Assembly: GCA_965204745.1 (NCBI GenBank)
Contig: OZ242010.1
Coordinates: forward strand, 4,672,001 to 4,736,000
Direction: 5' to 3'
Source: Candidatus Latescibacterota bacterium
Lineage (GTDB): Bacteria; Latescibacterota; UBA2968
Length of the DNA: 64,000 bases
The position numbers were made by a program, and so were the translations under genes. Below the pieces are notes generated by a model. It saw only the letters and a program-made list of their open reading frames with translations, was not told where the DNA came from and made no database searches. Positions 8,774-18,116 of the stretch are shown piece by piece (within the stretch, counting starts at the first letter, position 1; the number at the start of each line of letters is the position of its first letter).

Positions 8774-11077
8774 ATGTCTCGCATCCTCTGTTCGGCGTTG
8801 CTCATCACTTGTCTCGCGAGTGCGGGATTCGCGCAGAACCGCGACCTGCGCGACATCATCCACCGCTTGAAAGCCGATCTGCCCATCGCATCCGATTCAG
8901 CGGCGACTTATGCGCGGATGGGCCTGCTCTACACGCGCCTCGAAGAAGCCGACAGCGCGGAAGCCGCATTTCAAAACGCCATTGCCCTACGGCCCGACCT
9001 CACTATCGCCCACATGGGCTTGGGCCGCGTGGATGCGGACCTGCGCGGCAAGCCCGAGCGCGCCTTGCCGCATTTTGAAAAAGCCGTGCAAAGCGACACC
9101 ACAGACGCCGATGCCCATGACCGCCTCGTGCAAACCCTGATCGCCCTCGAACGCACCGGCACTCGTGCGCGAAAAGCCGCGTCCCAAACCATTGCGCGAT
9201 TTCCGGACTTGGCCTCGCCCTATTTGTTGCTCGCCCGCGCCCATCGCAAAGAAGGCAGCGCGCACCAAGTCGCGCTCTACTACTTCAAAAAATACCTCCA
9301 ATACAACCCGGAAGATCGCGAAGCCGCGTACCAATTCGCGTTCGCGCTCTACGAAGCCAACGCGTACTCGGACCTCGAAGACCTCGCAGCGCGCATGCAA
9401 GACCCGCGTGCCCTGCCCTTGCTCGCCCAAGCCCTCATTCACCGGCGCGACCACGAAGGCGCGTTGACCGCCTTTCAACGCTACATCCAAACCCTGCCCA
9501 AAGAAGAACGCCCCTTGTATGACGACATCTCGTACATCGGCTCAAAAGCCGAAAGCCGCGCGTACCGCCTCGCGTCTGCCTCGGACGACCCCACGCAGCG
9601 CGACCGCTTTCTCGCCCGGTTCTGGCTGCAAAAAGATCCGTTCAAAACCTCGGCTGGCGCGTTGCGTCGCGCCGAACACTACCGCCGAGTGTGGCATGCG
9701 CGAACCCACTTTGGCAAGAAATGGCCGTGGGATCGCAGGGGCGAAATTTTCATCCGATACGGCGAACCCGACTACATCTCGACCTCCCGCAAACTCAACG
9801 CGGTCGTCCCCCTCGACATCCAGCGCGTGCAAGAACAACGGGCGTACGCGATTTACGGCGAGGCGGGCGTTGAAGCCAATTTCGTCGGCCCGGTCTATCC
9901 CATCCGCACGTCAGAGGCCGGTAGCGCGGCGCAGGCATTGCCCGGGAATTTGGGCTTTACCGACTACCGTCCCGTCACCACGAGCAGTGGGTGGGCATCC
10001 GTGCCGTGGGAAGTGTGGATTTACAAAAACCTCGGCAATGGCGCGGAATTTACATTCACCGACGAATTTTTGAGCGGGAACTACGATTTTGCCCCGGTGC
10101 CGTCTCTGACCGAGGGAGACCTCGCCAGTGCCGAGTCCTCTGGGCGCTCGTACATGAGCGTCATCCAACGCCTCAACGAATTTAACTCCGCCACGCTCGC
10201 GCAATCCCTCTCCGCGACCGAACCCGAATTGTACAGCATCGAAGCCCTCGAGCCCTTGGACTTTTACTTTGACGCCCTCACATTCCGCGGGCCAAATGAC
10301 AAAACCGAGTTGCAGGTCGTATTCGGCCTGCCCTTGGACAATGTGGCCCTGACCACGGATCCAGACACCACCGTAGTGGTCGAACGCCGCACCGCGCTCA
10401 TCTATCCGCGCGCCCTGGATTTTCAAAACACCAAAGACATCTTGGGCATCGACATCACGGATGCCACGCGCGACCGGGGGTTGCAAGCCCTTAGCGGCGT
10501 GCGCCACCTCGCGCCTCCCGGCGAATACGAATTAGCCGTGGAAGCATGGCGGCAAAACACCGACCTCGTGGGCGCGTACCGCCAGCCCAATCTGCGCTTG
10601 CCCGCGTACCACGACACCACCCGCCTGATGATGAGCGACATCCAAATCGCCTCCCGCATCACGGATGCCAGCCTCGCCCCCGACACCTCTTTTGTGCGCG
10701 GCGACCTCTACATCCAACCGCAACCCTCGGCCTCCTTCATCCCCGGCATGTCCATGTTCGTCTATTTTGAAATCTACAACCTCAAACCCGATGAATTTGG
10801 GCAGACGCGCTACACGATTTCCTACGAAGTGCAAAAACGCCGGGAAACGGGTTTTGCCCTGGTCTCCTTGCTCGCCAAATTGGGCAAAAAAAATGCCGAA
10901 GCCGTCGGCCTCAGCTTTGACCAAGTGGGACGCGCCCCGGACGAAAACACCTACCTCGAAATGCCCCTCGCCAACCTCGCCCCCGGCCGCTACACCCTCA
11001 AACTCACCATCGCGGACCAAACCACCGATCAACACGCGAAAAAAGACGCCGTCTTCTTCGTCGCCGGCGCGCGGTGA
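8774..11077 (+). CDS. Secreted TPR + GWxTD-domain protein
   Basis: Signal peptide (MSRILCSALLITCLASAGFA), TPR-like helices, RFWLQKDP...EHYRRVWHA...WDRRGEIFIRYGEPD; SD AAGGA before ATG 8774. Confidence 0.8.
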   Translation: MSRILCSALLITCLASAGFAQNRDLRDIIHRLKADLPIASDSAATYARMGLLYTRLEEADSAEAAFQNAIALRPDLTIAHMGLGRVDADLRGKPERALPHFEKAVQSDTTDADAHDRLVQTLIALERTGTRARKAASQTIARFPDLASPYLLLARAHRKEGSAHQVALYYFKKYLQYNPEDREAAYQFAFALYEANAYSDLEDLAARMQDPRALPLLAQALIHRRDHEGALTAFQRYIQTLPKEERPLYDDISYIGSKAESRAYRLASASDDPTQRDRFLARFWLQKDPFKTSAGALRRAEHYRRVWHARTHFGKKWPWDRRGEIFIRYGEPDYISTSRKLNAVVPLDIQRVQEQRAYAIYGEAGVEANFVGPVYPIRTSEAGSAAQALPGNLGFTDYRPVTTSSGWASVPWEVWIYKNLGNGAEFTFTDEFLSGNYDFAPVPSLTEGDLASAESSGRSYMSVIQRLNEFNSATLAQSLSATEPELYSIEALEPLDFYFDALTFRGPNDKTELQVVFGLPLDNVALTTDPDTTVVVERRTALIYPRALDFQNTKDILGIDITDATRDRGLQALSGVRHLAPPGEYELAVEAWRQNTDLVGAYRQPNLRLPAYHDTTRLMMSDIQIASRITDASLAPDTSFVRGDLYIQPQPSASFIPGMSMFVYFEIYNLKPDEFGQTRYTISYEVQKRRETGFALVSLLAKLGKKNAEAVGLSFDQVGRAPDENTYLEMPLANLAPGRYTLKLTIADQTTDQHAKKDAVFFVAGAR

Positions 11078-11082
11078 AAACC

Positions 11083-11198
11083 GGATCGCGGATTAAACGG
11101 ATTAAGGGATTACGCGGATGAAAGGCGAAAGGCGAAAGGCGAAAGGCGAAAGGCGAAAGTAACCACGCCACTGACAACCGACAACCGAAAACTGACTC
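11083..11198. repeat. Mosaic of short repeats: cggatt-type, (gaaaggc)x5 and actgac-type heptamers
   Basis: Visible directly. The cggatt family also occurs at 27823-27865 (inverted) and 39053-39096. Confidence 0.75.
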
Positions 11199-11945
11199 AT
11201 GATTCCCAACAACCTCACAAACCGAACCGCCATCGTCACCGGTGCCGCGCAGGGCATTGGCAAAGCCATTGCGTCTCGCCTTGCCAATGCGGGTGCGCGC
11301 GTGGCTATCGCGGACCTCAATTTGGACATGGCCCGAGAAACGGCTCGGCAAATCCATGCAGACGCACTCGCCCTGCTTCTCGATGTTGCCAATGCCGAGA
11401 GCGTGCAAAACGCGGTCGATGCATGTCTCAACGCCTGGGGCCGTGTCGATATCCTCGTCAACAACGCGGGCATTGTAGGGCGCGATGTGCCGGTCAAAGA
11501 CCTCGCGGAAACGGACTGGGATCAGGTGCTCGACATCAACCTCAAGGGCACGTTCCTCTGTTCGCGTGCGGTACTCCCGCCGATGCTCGCGCAAAAAAAA
11601 GGCACCATCGTCTCGGTCGCCTCCATATCTGGCAAAGAAGGCAACCCGAGCATGGCGCCCTATTCGGTCTCCAAAGCGGGCATCATTTGCTTTACCAAAG
11701 CCCTGGCCAAAGAGCATCTCCACGACAACATCCGCGTCAACTGCGTCTCGCCCGCCCTGATCGAAACCCCCTTGCTGGCAAATGTCGAGGCCGAGCAACT
11801 CGCGTACATGACCTCCAAAATCCCCCTCGGCCGCTTGGGCCAACCCGAAGAAGTCGCCGCGGTTGTTCACTTCCTCGCCTCAGACGACGCCTCATTCGTC
11901 ACGGGTCAATGCTACGACATCAGCGGCGGTAGGGCGACGTATTGA
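11199..11945 (+). CDS. SDR family NAD(P)-dependent oxidoreductase (FabG-like)
   Basis: TGAAQGIG, NNAG and YSVSK motifs. Confidence 0.9.
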   Translation: MIPNNLTNRTAIVTGAAQGIGKAIASRLANAGARVAIADLNLDMARETARQIHADALALLLDVANAESVQNAVDACLNAWGRVDILVNNAGIVGRDVPVKDLAETDWDQVLDINLKGTFLCSRAVLPPMLAQKKGTIVSVASISGKEGNPSMAPYSVSKAGIICFTKALAKEHLHDNIRVNCVSPALIETPLLANVEAEQLAYMTSKIPLGRLGQPEEVAAVVHFLASDDASFVTGQCYDISGGRATY

Positions 11946-11986
11946 AAAGCAACCCCCGCTGAACGCGGATGAAAGGCGAGCAGTGT

Positions 11987-12013
11987 GTAGGGGCGATGCC
12001 CATGTGCTCGCCC
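11987..12013 (+). repeat. GTAG-type REP palindrome (others at 15045-15069, 41964-41990, 45583-45608)
   Basis: GTAG followed by gggcga...tcgccc stem. Confidence 0.6.
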
Positions 12014-12059
12014 AAAGATACGAGAGGCAAAAGTCAGTAGGCAGTAGGCAGTAGGTTCT

Positions 12060-12155
12060 GTTGACATTTACGAGCAAAGCAACTGGCTTGAGCGGTTTAT
12101 CGAGAAAATCAAGCTCTATCGCAGGATATGCTCTCGGTTTGAGAAACTGGAATAG
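12060..12155 (+). mobile_element. IS5-family transposase C-terminal remnant
   Basis: Translates VDIYEQSNWLERFIEKIKLYRRICSRFEKLE*, resembling the IS5 Y..RN.IER.F.KLK.FRRI.TRY.K segment. Confidence 0.65.
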
Positions 12156-12167
12156 TCGCTCCTTATC

Positions 12168-12485
12168 GGGACCTACCCCCCTAACCCCCGTTACTCGCTT
12201 CGCTTCGTTGTAGGCTACGCCTGTGCCTGCGAGGAAGGGGGAACAGTGAGCGGTTTTGCGAGGGGATTGATGAGAAATTTTTAATCGCTTTATGCCCTCG
12301 CAAAACGCCATCAGAGCAATCAGAGCGAGAAGCCATCAAAGGAGCTTTACTCCCCTTTCCTCGTAGGAAAGGGGCCGGGGGATAGGTCCCCTCGCGCAAC
12401 GCCATCAGAGCAATCAGAGCGAGAAGCCATCAAAGGCACTTTACTCCCCTTTCCTCGTAGGAAAGGGGCCGGGGGATAGGTCCCA
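12168..12485. repeat. Cluster of 3 DUF559-type REP-like elements
   Basis: 12168-12243 is nearly identical to 2091-2166; inverted copies at about 12351 and 12446. Confidence 0.9.
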
Positions 12486-12516
12486 TAGCGATAAGCCATC
12501 AAAGGACCAAGTGCCT

Positions 12517-12681
12517 TCATCCCAACGGCCGTGCGCTGAATACGTCTCGCAAATACAGGATCACCCATCCGAGAGCCGTCACGGCGAGCGCCACGCCCAC
12601 GGCGATCAGACACAGCAGCCAGCCCGGAGGCCGAGCGTCTGAATTGTGATAGGGGTTTCTTCGGGGGTCGTCCCAGCGCAT
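12517..12681 (-). CDS. Putative 54-aa single-pass membrane protein (below the ORF-track cutoff)
   Basis: MRWDDPRRNPYHNSDARPPGWLLCLIAVGVALAVTALGWVILYLRDVFSARPLG*; one clean hydrophobic helix. Confidence 0.5.
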   Translation of the reverse strand: MRWDDPRRNPYHNSDARPPGWLLCLIAVGVALAVTALGWVILYLRDVFSARPLG

Positions 12682-12772
12682 GGCAGTGTTCCAAAGTTGA
12701 GAAATTGTTCACAGCGGCAATATACCTCAAAGCCTCGGGTTTTGAGGTTTTTTATTTTTTTCGATTTAGGGC

Positions 12773-12817
12773 TTGACATCGGCATTGGTTTAGTGTATTA
12801 TTTACATAGAACACTAA
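12773..12817 (+). promoter_or_regulatory. Sigma70 promoter overlapped by a YtrA-type GntR operator
   Basis: TTGACA-17 bp-TATTAT; inverted repeat TTAGTGT-N14-ACACTAA (12790-12817) covers the -10. Confidence 0.75.
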
Positions 12818-12845
12818 AACACTACGACAAAAGGGATGATCCACA

Positions 12846-13217
12846 ATGGCTACTTTTGAGTTTGACCCGAACCAGCCGATTTATTTGCAGATTATCGCCG
12901 AGATCAAAAAGCGTTCCGTGCGTGGGGTCTATGCGCCGGGCGCGAAGTTGCCCTCGGTGCGGGATATGGCGCGAGAGATGGGCGTGAATCCCAATACGAT
13001 GGCGCGTGCGTATGCCGAACTCGACCGAGAGGGCTTTGTGTTCACCCGGCGCGGGCAAGGCTCCTTTGTCACGGAAAAGCAAAAGACCATCGAGGCCGAG
13101 CGGCAAAAGTTGGCGCGAAAAGCGGTGGCGCGATTCGTCGCGGAAGCGGGCGAACTCGCGCTTTCCAAATCACAACTCGCAACCCTGTTGCAAAAAATTG
13201 AGGAGGGCTTGTCATGA
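12846..13217 (+). CDS. GntR family regulator, YtrA subfamily
   Basis: PIYLQI...KLPSVRDMA..MGVNPNTMARAY.EL.REG...RRGQGSFV; short C-terminal domain; precedes ABC genes. Confidence 0.9.
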   Translation: MATFEFDPNQPIYLQIIAEIKKRSVRGVYAPGAKLPSVRDMAREMGVNPNTMARAYAELDREGFVFTRRGQGSFVTEKQKTIEAERQKLARKAVARFVAEAGELALSKSQLATLLQKIEEGLS

Positions 13218-13906
13218 TGATCGACGTTCGCAGTCTGTGGAAGCGATACCCGGGCACGTGGGCCTTGCGGGGGATTTCCTTTCGGGTTGCGCGTGGGCGC
13301 GTGCAAGGCGTGTTGGGCGAAAATGGCAGCGGCAAGAGCACCTTGTTCCGCATTCTGGCCGGCACGACCCGACCGTCCCGGGGCATCGCCGAGGTGATGG
13401 GGCAAAAGGTCGGCGCGAAGACCCGGCAACATGTGGCGTATTTGCCCGAGATCAATCCGTTTTACGATTGGATGAAGGTGATGGAGCAAATCGAGTTTCT
13501 GGCGACCTTTTATCCTCTGTGGGATTTGGACAAGTCGCGGGCCTTGCTCGATTTTATGGGCTTGGATGCCGACAAGAAAGTGGGCGCGCTTTCCCGAGGG
13601 CAAAAGGGACGGCTCAAGGTGGTGTGCGGGTTTTCATGGCCGAGCGATCTGGTCTTGATGGACGAGCCGCTCTCCGGCATCGATCCGCCATCGCGCAAGC
13701 GCATCGTCCAAGCGTTGTTCAACGAGTTTCGCTTTGGCGAGCAAACCATTCTGATTTCGACCCATCTGGTTCACGAAGTGGGCGAGTTTATCGAGGACGT
13801 GATGTTCCTCAAAGAAGGCGAGATCGCGCTTTCCGGCAATGCAGATGCCCTGCGCGAGGAACGCGGCGAATCGCTTTCAGAGATGTTTGAACAAGTGGCG
13901 ATGTGA
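13214..13906 (+). CDS. ABC transporter ATP-binding protein (YtrB-like)
   Basis: GENGSGKST, LSRGQ, LMDEP, STH motifs. Confidence 0.9.
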   Translation: MMIDVRSLWKRYPGTWALRGISFRVARGRVQGVLGENGSGKSTLFRILAGTTRPSRGIAEVMGQKVGAKTRQHVAYLPEINPFYDWMKVMEQIEFLATFYPLWDLDKSRALLDFMGLDADKKVGALSRGQKGRLKVVCGFSWPSDLVLMDEPLSGIDPPSRKRIVQALFNEFRFGEQTILISTHLVHEVGEFIEDVMFLKEGEIALSGNADALREERGESLSEMFEQVAM

Positions 13907-14007
13907 CCATTGCCCAAATCGCGTGGCGTGAAGGGGGGCAAAGTAGCGAGGCTTCCCCATGCCCGGCCGAATCGACGCATCGACAATCCTCAACAAGGGA
14001 GCGCGAC

Positions 14008-14784
14008 ATGAAACAGTTTTTTGCACTGTACGTGAAAGAACTCAAGGCGAACAAGGCCATCTTCCTGTTCCTGATCATTCTGATTGCGGGCAGCAGTGCC
14101 TACGTTCATCTCGGGCCAGGTGGAGATAATCCAGAGGGGATGATCGAATTTGCTTTTTTGCATAATCTCCGCCAAGCTATGGTTGGAATCCTTCTCCCTG
14201 CTTTTACCCTCATTCTCAGTCTGCCCTTTTTGCTCGCCCATGCCTTCAATGCCGAGTGGAAAGGAGAAACGCATTACCAGATGTTTGCCCTGCCCGTGTC
14301 GCAATACAGCGTGATTCTGGCGAAGATCGCTGCGGTGGCGAGTCTGGGCTTGGTCAGCGGTGGGATTGCAACTGTCAATGTGTATTTCTGGGTCGTGAAG
14401 ACGATGGACTCGCAACACGTCGCTGTCTTCAGAATTGATGACATAAAAATTACGTCCTTTTTTGATGTGGCTCTGATCATCGGTCTGTCATTTGTGACGT
14501 ATGTGGTTTTCATTTTGGGCCTCGTGACCGCGATAGAGGGGGTGAAGTATGCGGTTAAGCGGTACCGGGGATTGACCGCGGTGGTGTTCTTTCTAATCTC
14601 CATGTATTTGTACATTCGAGTAGCCGATTTCGGAAAGATGGTCTTTGAATTTTCAGAGCACCTGCCACTGCCTCATCTCGTGGACACCATAATTGATGAA
14701 CCCTCTTTGGTCTATACCACCCTGGCGGGCATCATCTTTTTGATCATCGGGCTTGTGGCATACGAAAAACGCGCTGAAATTTGA
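14008..14784 (+). CDS. ABC-2 type permease
   Basis: About 6 TM helices; start MKQFFALYVKE after SD AGGGAG; operon context. Confidence 0.75.
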   Translation: MKQFFALYVKELKANKAIFLFLIILIAGSSAYVHLGPGGDNPEGMIEFAFLHNLRQAMVGILLPAFTLILSLPFLLAHAFNAEWKGETHYQMFALPVSQYSVILAKIAAVASLGLVSGGIATVNVYFWVVKTMDSQHVAVFRIDDIKITSFFDVALIIGLSFVTYVVFILGLVTAIEGVKYAVKRYRGLTAVVFFLISMYLYIRVADFGKMVFEFSEHLPLPHLVDTIIDEPSLVYTTLAGIIFLIIGLVAYEKRAEI

Positions 14785-14806
14785 ATTTGACTCCGTCCCG
14801 AGCGGA

Positions 14807-15035
14807 TAGCCACAAAAGGCACAAAAGGCACAAAAGGGGTACAACTGGCGACAGCCCGTTCAAAGGCACAAAAGGGGTACAAGGCACAAAAGGGGTACAA
14901 GGCACAAAAGGGGTACAAGGCACAAAAGGGGTACAAGGCACAAAAGGGGTACAAGGCACAAAAGGGGTACAAGGCACAAAAGGGGTACAAGGCACAAAAG
15001 GGGTACAACTGGCGACAGCCCGTTCAAAGGCACGA
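14807..15035. repeat. Composite repeat: tagccacaaaaggcac head, 8 x 18-bp tandem (ggcacaaaaggggtacaa, 14865-15008), flanked by gtacaactggcgacagcccgttcaaagg
   Basis: Counted directly; same family as 23975-24069, 41851-41957 and 43208-43350. Confidence 0.9.
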
Positions 15036-15171
15036 GCGGCAGGTGTAGGGGCGATGCCCCGTCTCGTCCAAAGACCTCAACGATATTATCGGATCGCACC
15101 TTAGAACTTGTCTTAAAACGAACGATGGATGCCCCTCCGCCGGCTCCTCCCCGCAACGGAGAGATGTTATT

Positions 15172-15213
15172 CCCCCCTTCCTCACAGGAAGGGGGGCTAG
15201 GGGGGTAGGTCCC
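15172..15213. repeat. Single DUF559-type REP-like element
   Basis: ccccccttcctcacaggaaggggggctaggggggtaggtccc. Confidence 0.85.
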
Positions 15214-15232
15214 AATAATAGGAGCATGGATT

Positions 15233-17623
15233 ATGACAACGCGATTCGGATGGCTCTTTGTCGTTCTTCTTTTTTCTGCGCCAGCACAGGCAGATGTGAT
15301 TCGGGGCACGGTGACCGACGCGGCGACCGGTGATCCGTTGCCCGCTACGACAGTGCGGGTTCTCGGCACGTATCACGGCGCGATCTCAAATGCCGAAGGC
15401 CAGTACGAGGTCGAATTGCCCGCCCTGCCCGCGGTGGTGGAAGTGCGTTATATCGGCTACCGGTCACAGCGGATCGAGATAACCGAAGACGCGACCGATG
15501 TACACAATTTCGCCCTGGAACTCGTGCCCCTTGAAATGGAAGAGATCGTAATTACCGCAGAAGATGGGCCGCGTATTATGCGTAAAGTCCTCGCGCAAAA
15601 GCAAACGTGGTGGAACGCGCTCGAGACATTTCGCGTTTCGGCTTATTCGCGGTTTGTGTTTCGCAGAGAATCCGAGATCGTGGCGATGACCGAGAGTTTG
15701 TCCGAGGGGTATTGGGACCATCAAAACGGGTGGCGGGAGGTCGTCATAGACAAGCGCGTGACCGAGAACTTGGATTTTGAATTTGGAGAACTCGTCTTGC
15801 CCGCGGCGCAAGGGGTGAATTTGTACGCGGATGAAACCGAACTCGGCGGGCACCATCTCGTCGGCGTCACGCATCCCGATGCGTTGGATCACTACGATTT
15901 TGTGCTCGCGGGACAGCGCAAAATGGACGACCGCATCATTTACGATATCGACGTGCGACCCAAACACCGCCTCAAGACCGCTTTTCAGGGGCGCGTAGCC
16001 GTGCTCGACAGCGCGTATGCCCTCGTGGAGGTGGAACTGACCCCCAATCAGGCGTTTTTGTTTCCGCCGCCCATTCGCGGATGGACGAGCACCATGCGCC
16101 AGCAGTTTAGCAATTTTGGCGGGGATTTCTATTTGCCCGTGGGTTGGCAGTCGGATGATAAAGTTGGGATCGGGATCATCGGCTTGCAATTTCCGCCGAT
16201 AGAAGTCCAGCGCGTTTCTCGCCTAACCGGGTATGAGGTAAATGTCGCCTTGCCCGATTCGCTTTACGAACAACGCGAGTCTCTATTGATGGATTCCGTG
16301 CGGGTGGCACAGGACAGTTTATTGATGCGAACCGCGCTTGCCGTGCCCTTGGATGCGAGCGAGCAAGCGGCTTATGCACGCATTGATAGCGCGATGACGC
16401 TCTACGAAGCGTACAAGCCCAAGGGATTCTTGGCGCGCTTTATCGAGGATGATGCAAAAAAAGAGAAAGAGAAAAATGAGAGAAAGGGAAAGAAGGGGCC
16501 GCGCAAATGGCCGGTTCGGCTCGATTCCGACCTGCGGTTCAACCGCGTGGAAGGCGGGCACCTGAGCTTAAAATTGTCCGCGGGATCGGGCCGAGCGGCT
16601 ATTGTCGCAGGAGGCGCGTACAATACCGGGTTGAGACGATGGGCGGTTGACAGCGAAGCGACGGTGCGTTGGGGGCCGAGCGAGCGGGGATGGATCTCGC
16701 TTGCGGGATTTCGCGGCACAAAGACGCGCTATCGGTCGAGGCTGTATGGACAGATGCAAACGAGCGCGCAACAGATTTTCGGGTTTGAAGATTATTTTGA
16801 TTATTTCTGGCGCGAAGGCATCAGTGGAAGTCTGGGCTATCGGTTTGGGCGACCGCATGGGCCGGGCGTGCAGGTGAGTGGCGGGATGAATATCGCGCAA
16901 CACGAATCGGTGAACAAGACCACGGATTGGCATTTGCTCGGGGACAGAGACGAGCAACGGCCGAATCCGCACATTGACCCGGGGAATTTGCGGTCGGTAT
17001 TCTTTCGCGTAGCCTTCAAGGGCGAAGGCGCGGGGCCTCCGCTCCTTTTTGGACAGCGCGAAGTCGCGTTGGAGGTCGAGCACAGCGGCCCGGGGTTTGG
17101 TAGCGCGTTCGCCTTTACCCAATTTCGGCTCGCATTGGATTGGCGAATCGAGACCCTATTCAAGCGGCGTTTGTTGCCCAACGTGCTCGACGTGCGCGTC
17201 GTTGGCAGTGCGTTTGCGGGAACGCTGCCCCGGCAACGCTTTGAGATTTTGGATTCCGGGATTCTGCTCGGCGGGTTCTCGACCTTTGGCGGATTTCGCA
17301 CGCGCACGGGCCGCCCGTACGAAGGCGAGTATGTGCTCGGCGCGTTTTGGGAGCACCATTTTCAAACCGTGCCCTTTGAGTTGATCGGCTGGCAATGGGC
17401 TGCTGAACGCAATATCGGGTTGATACTCCACGGCGGGCACGGGCGCACTTGGCTTGGGGATCGCACCTTGGCGAACTTGGATTACGAACCGCAGTATCTC
17501 GACGGATTTCACCACGAATTGGGCGTGTCGATCAACGGGTTGTTTTATCTCTTGCGCGTGGATTTCACCGTGCAATTGGATGCGCCGGGCTTTTATGTCA
17601 GCGCGGGCATAGCGCGGTTTTGA
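15233..17623 (+). CDS. Outer-membrane protein with N-terminal carboxypeptidase-regulatory-like domain (DUF5686-like)
   Basis: Signal peptide, IRGTVTDAATGDPLP...SNAEGQY..YIGY, beta-rich C-terminus ending in F. Confidence 0.75.
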   Translation: MTTRFGWLFVVLLFSAPAQADVIRGTVTDAATGDPLPATTVRVLGTYHGAISNAEGQYEVELPALPAVVEVRYIGYRSQRIEITEDATDVHNFALELVPLEMEEIVITAEDGPRIMRKVLAQKQTWWNALETFRVSAYSRFVFRRESEIVAMTESLSEGYWDHQNGWREVVIDKRVTENLDFEFGELVLPAAQGVNLYADETELGGHHLVGVTHPDALDHYDFVLAGQRKMDDRIIYDIDVRPKHRLKTAFQGRVAVLDSAYALVEVELTPNQAFLFPPPIRGWTSTMRQQFSNFGGDFYLPVGWQSDDKVGIGIIGLQFPPIEVQRVSRLTGYEVNVALPDSLYEQRESLLMDSVRVAQDSLLMRTALAVPLDASEQAAYARIDSAMTLYEAYKPKGFLARFIEDDAKKEKEKNERKGKKGPRKWPVRLDSDLRFNRVEGGHLSLKLSAGSGRAAIVAGGAYNTGLRRWAVDSEATVRWGPSERGWISLAGFRGTKTRYRSRLYGQMQTSAQQIFGFEDYFDYFWREGISGSLGYRFGRPHGPGVQVSGGMNIAQHESVNKTTDWHLLGDRDEQRPNPHIDPGNLRSVFFRVAFKGEGAGPPLLFGQREVALEVEHSGPGFGSAFAFTQFRLALDWRIETLFKRRLLPNVLDVRVVGSAFAGTLPRQRFEILDSGILLGGFSTFGGFRTRTGRPYEGEYVLGAFWEHHFQTVPFELIGWQWAAERNIGLILHGGHGRTWLGDRTLANLDYEPQYLDGFHHELGVSINGLFYLLRVDFTVQLDAPGFYVSAGIARF

Positions 17624-17638
17624 AAACGAATGCACGAA

Positions 17639-17722
17639 TCTCCCGCCTTACGTCTCGCCTCTCCCGTCTCCCGTCTTGCCTCTTGCCTCTCGCCTCTCCC
17701 GTCTCACCTCTCCCGTCTCACC
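17639..17722. repeat. Pyrimidine-rich heptamer tandem (tctcccg/tctcgcc/tcttgcc/tctcacc)
   Basis: About 12 imperfect 7-mers. Confidence 0.8.
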
Positions 17723-17756
17723 TGTGGATGGGTTGTTGGGCGGGGATTGACATACG

Positions 17757-17794
17757 TGTTCATTTTCGGACACCACTGTCTCATAATCGGACAC
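17757..17794 (+). promoter_or_regulatory. Putative upstream activator sites for a sigma54 enhancer-binding protein
   Basis: TGT-N10-ACA and TGT-N11-ACA; TCGGACAC repeated at 21-bp spacing, about 130-165 bp upstream of the -24 box. Confidence 0.55.
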
Positions 17795-17922
17795 TTTTTT
17801 GTGGCAACAAAGAGAGGCAATTTTTTTAGCTCTCAAAAAACAAATAATTCTAAAATTTTATCTCTTTGTTTTTCAAAAGGTTAATCACATTCAAATGCCT
17901 TTTTCAATTTTTGAGTAATTTT

Positions 17923-17938
17923 TGGCACACATCTTGCA
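17923..17938 (+). promoter_or_regulatory. Sigma54 (-24/-12) promoter
   Basis: TGGCAC-ACATC-TTGCA matches the consensus; AT-rich tract upstream. Confidence 0.8.
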
Positions 17939-18116
17939 ATTAAAAAAGGGCGAGTGCAAAATTCGTTGCCTGTCTGTTGTGCCCGAGATACTTGAGGAGC
18001 ATAAACGACACACCTCGCAACGCGAGCGCGTATCATGCTCGAGAAAGGAGGCAGTATGTTTGACTCTGGTCGAAACGATGCTGTTCGTTCACCTTTCAAT
18101 CGAGGAGGGTAGTATC

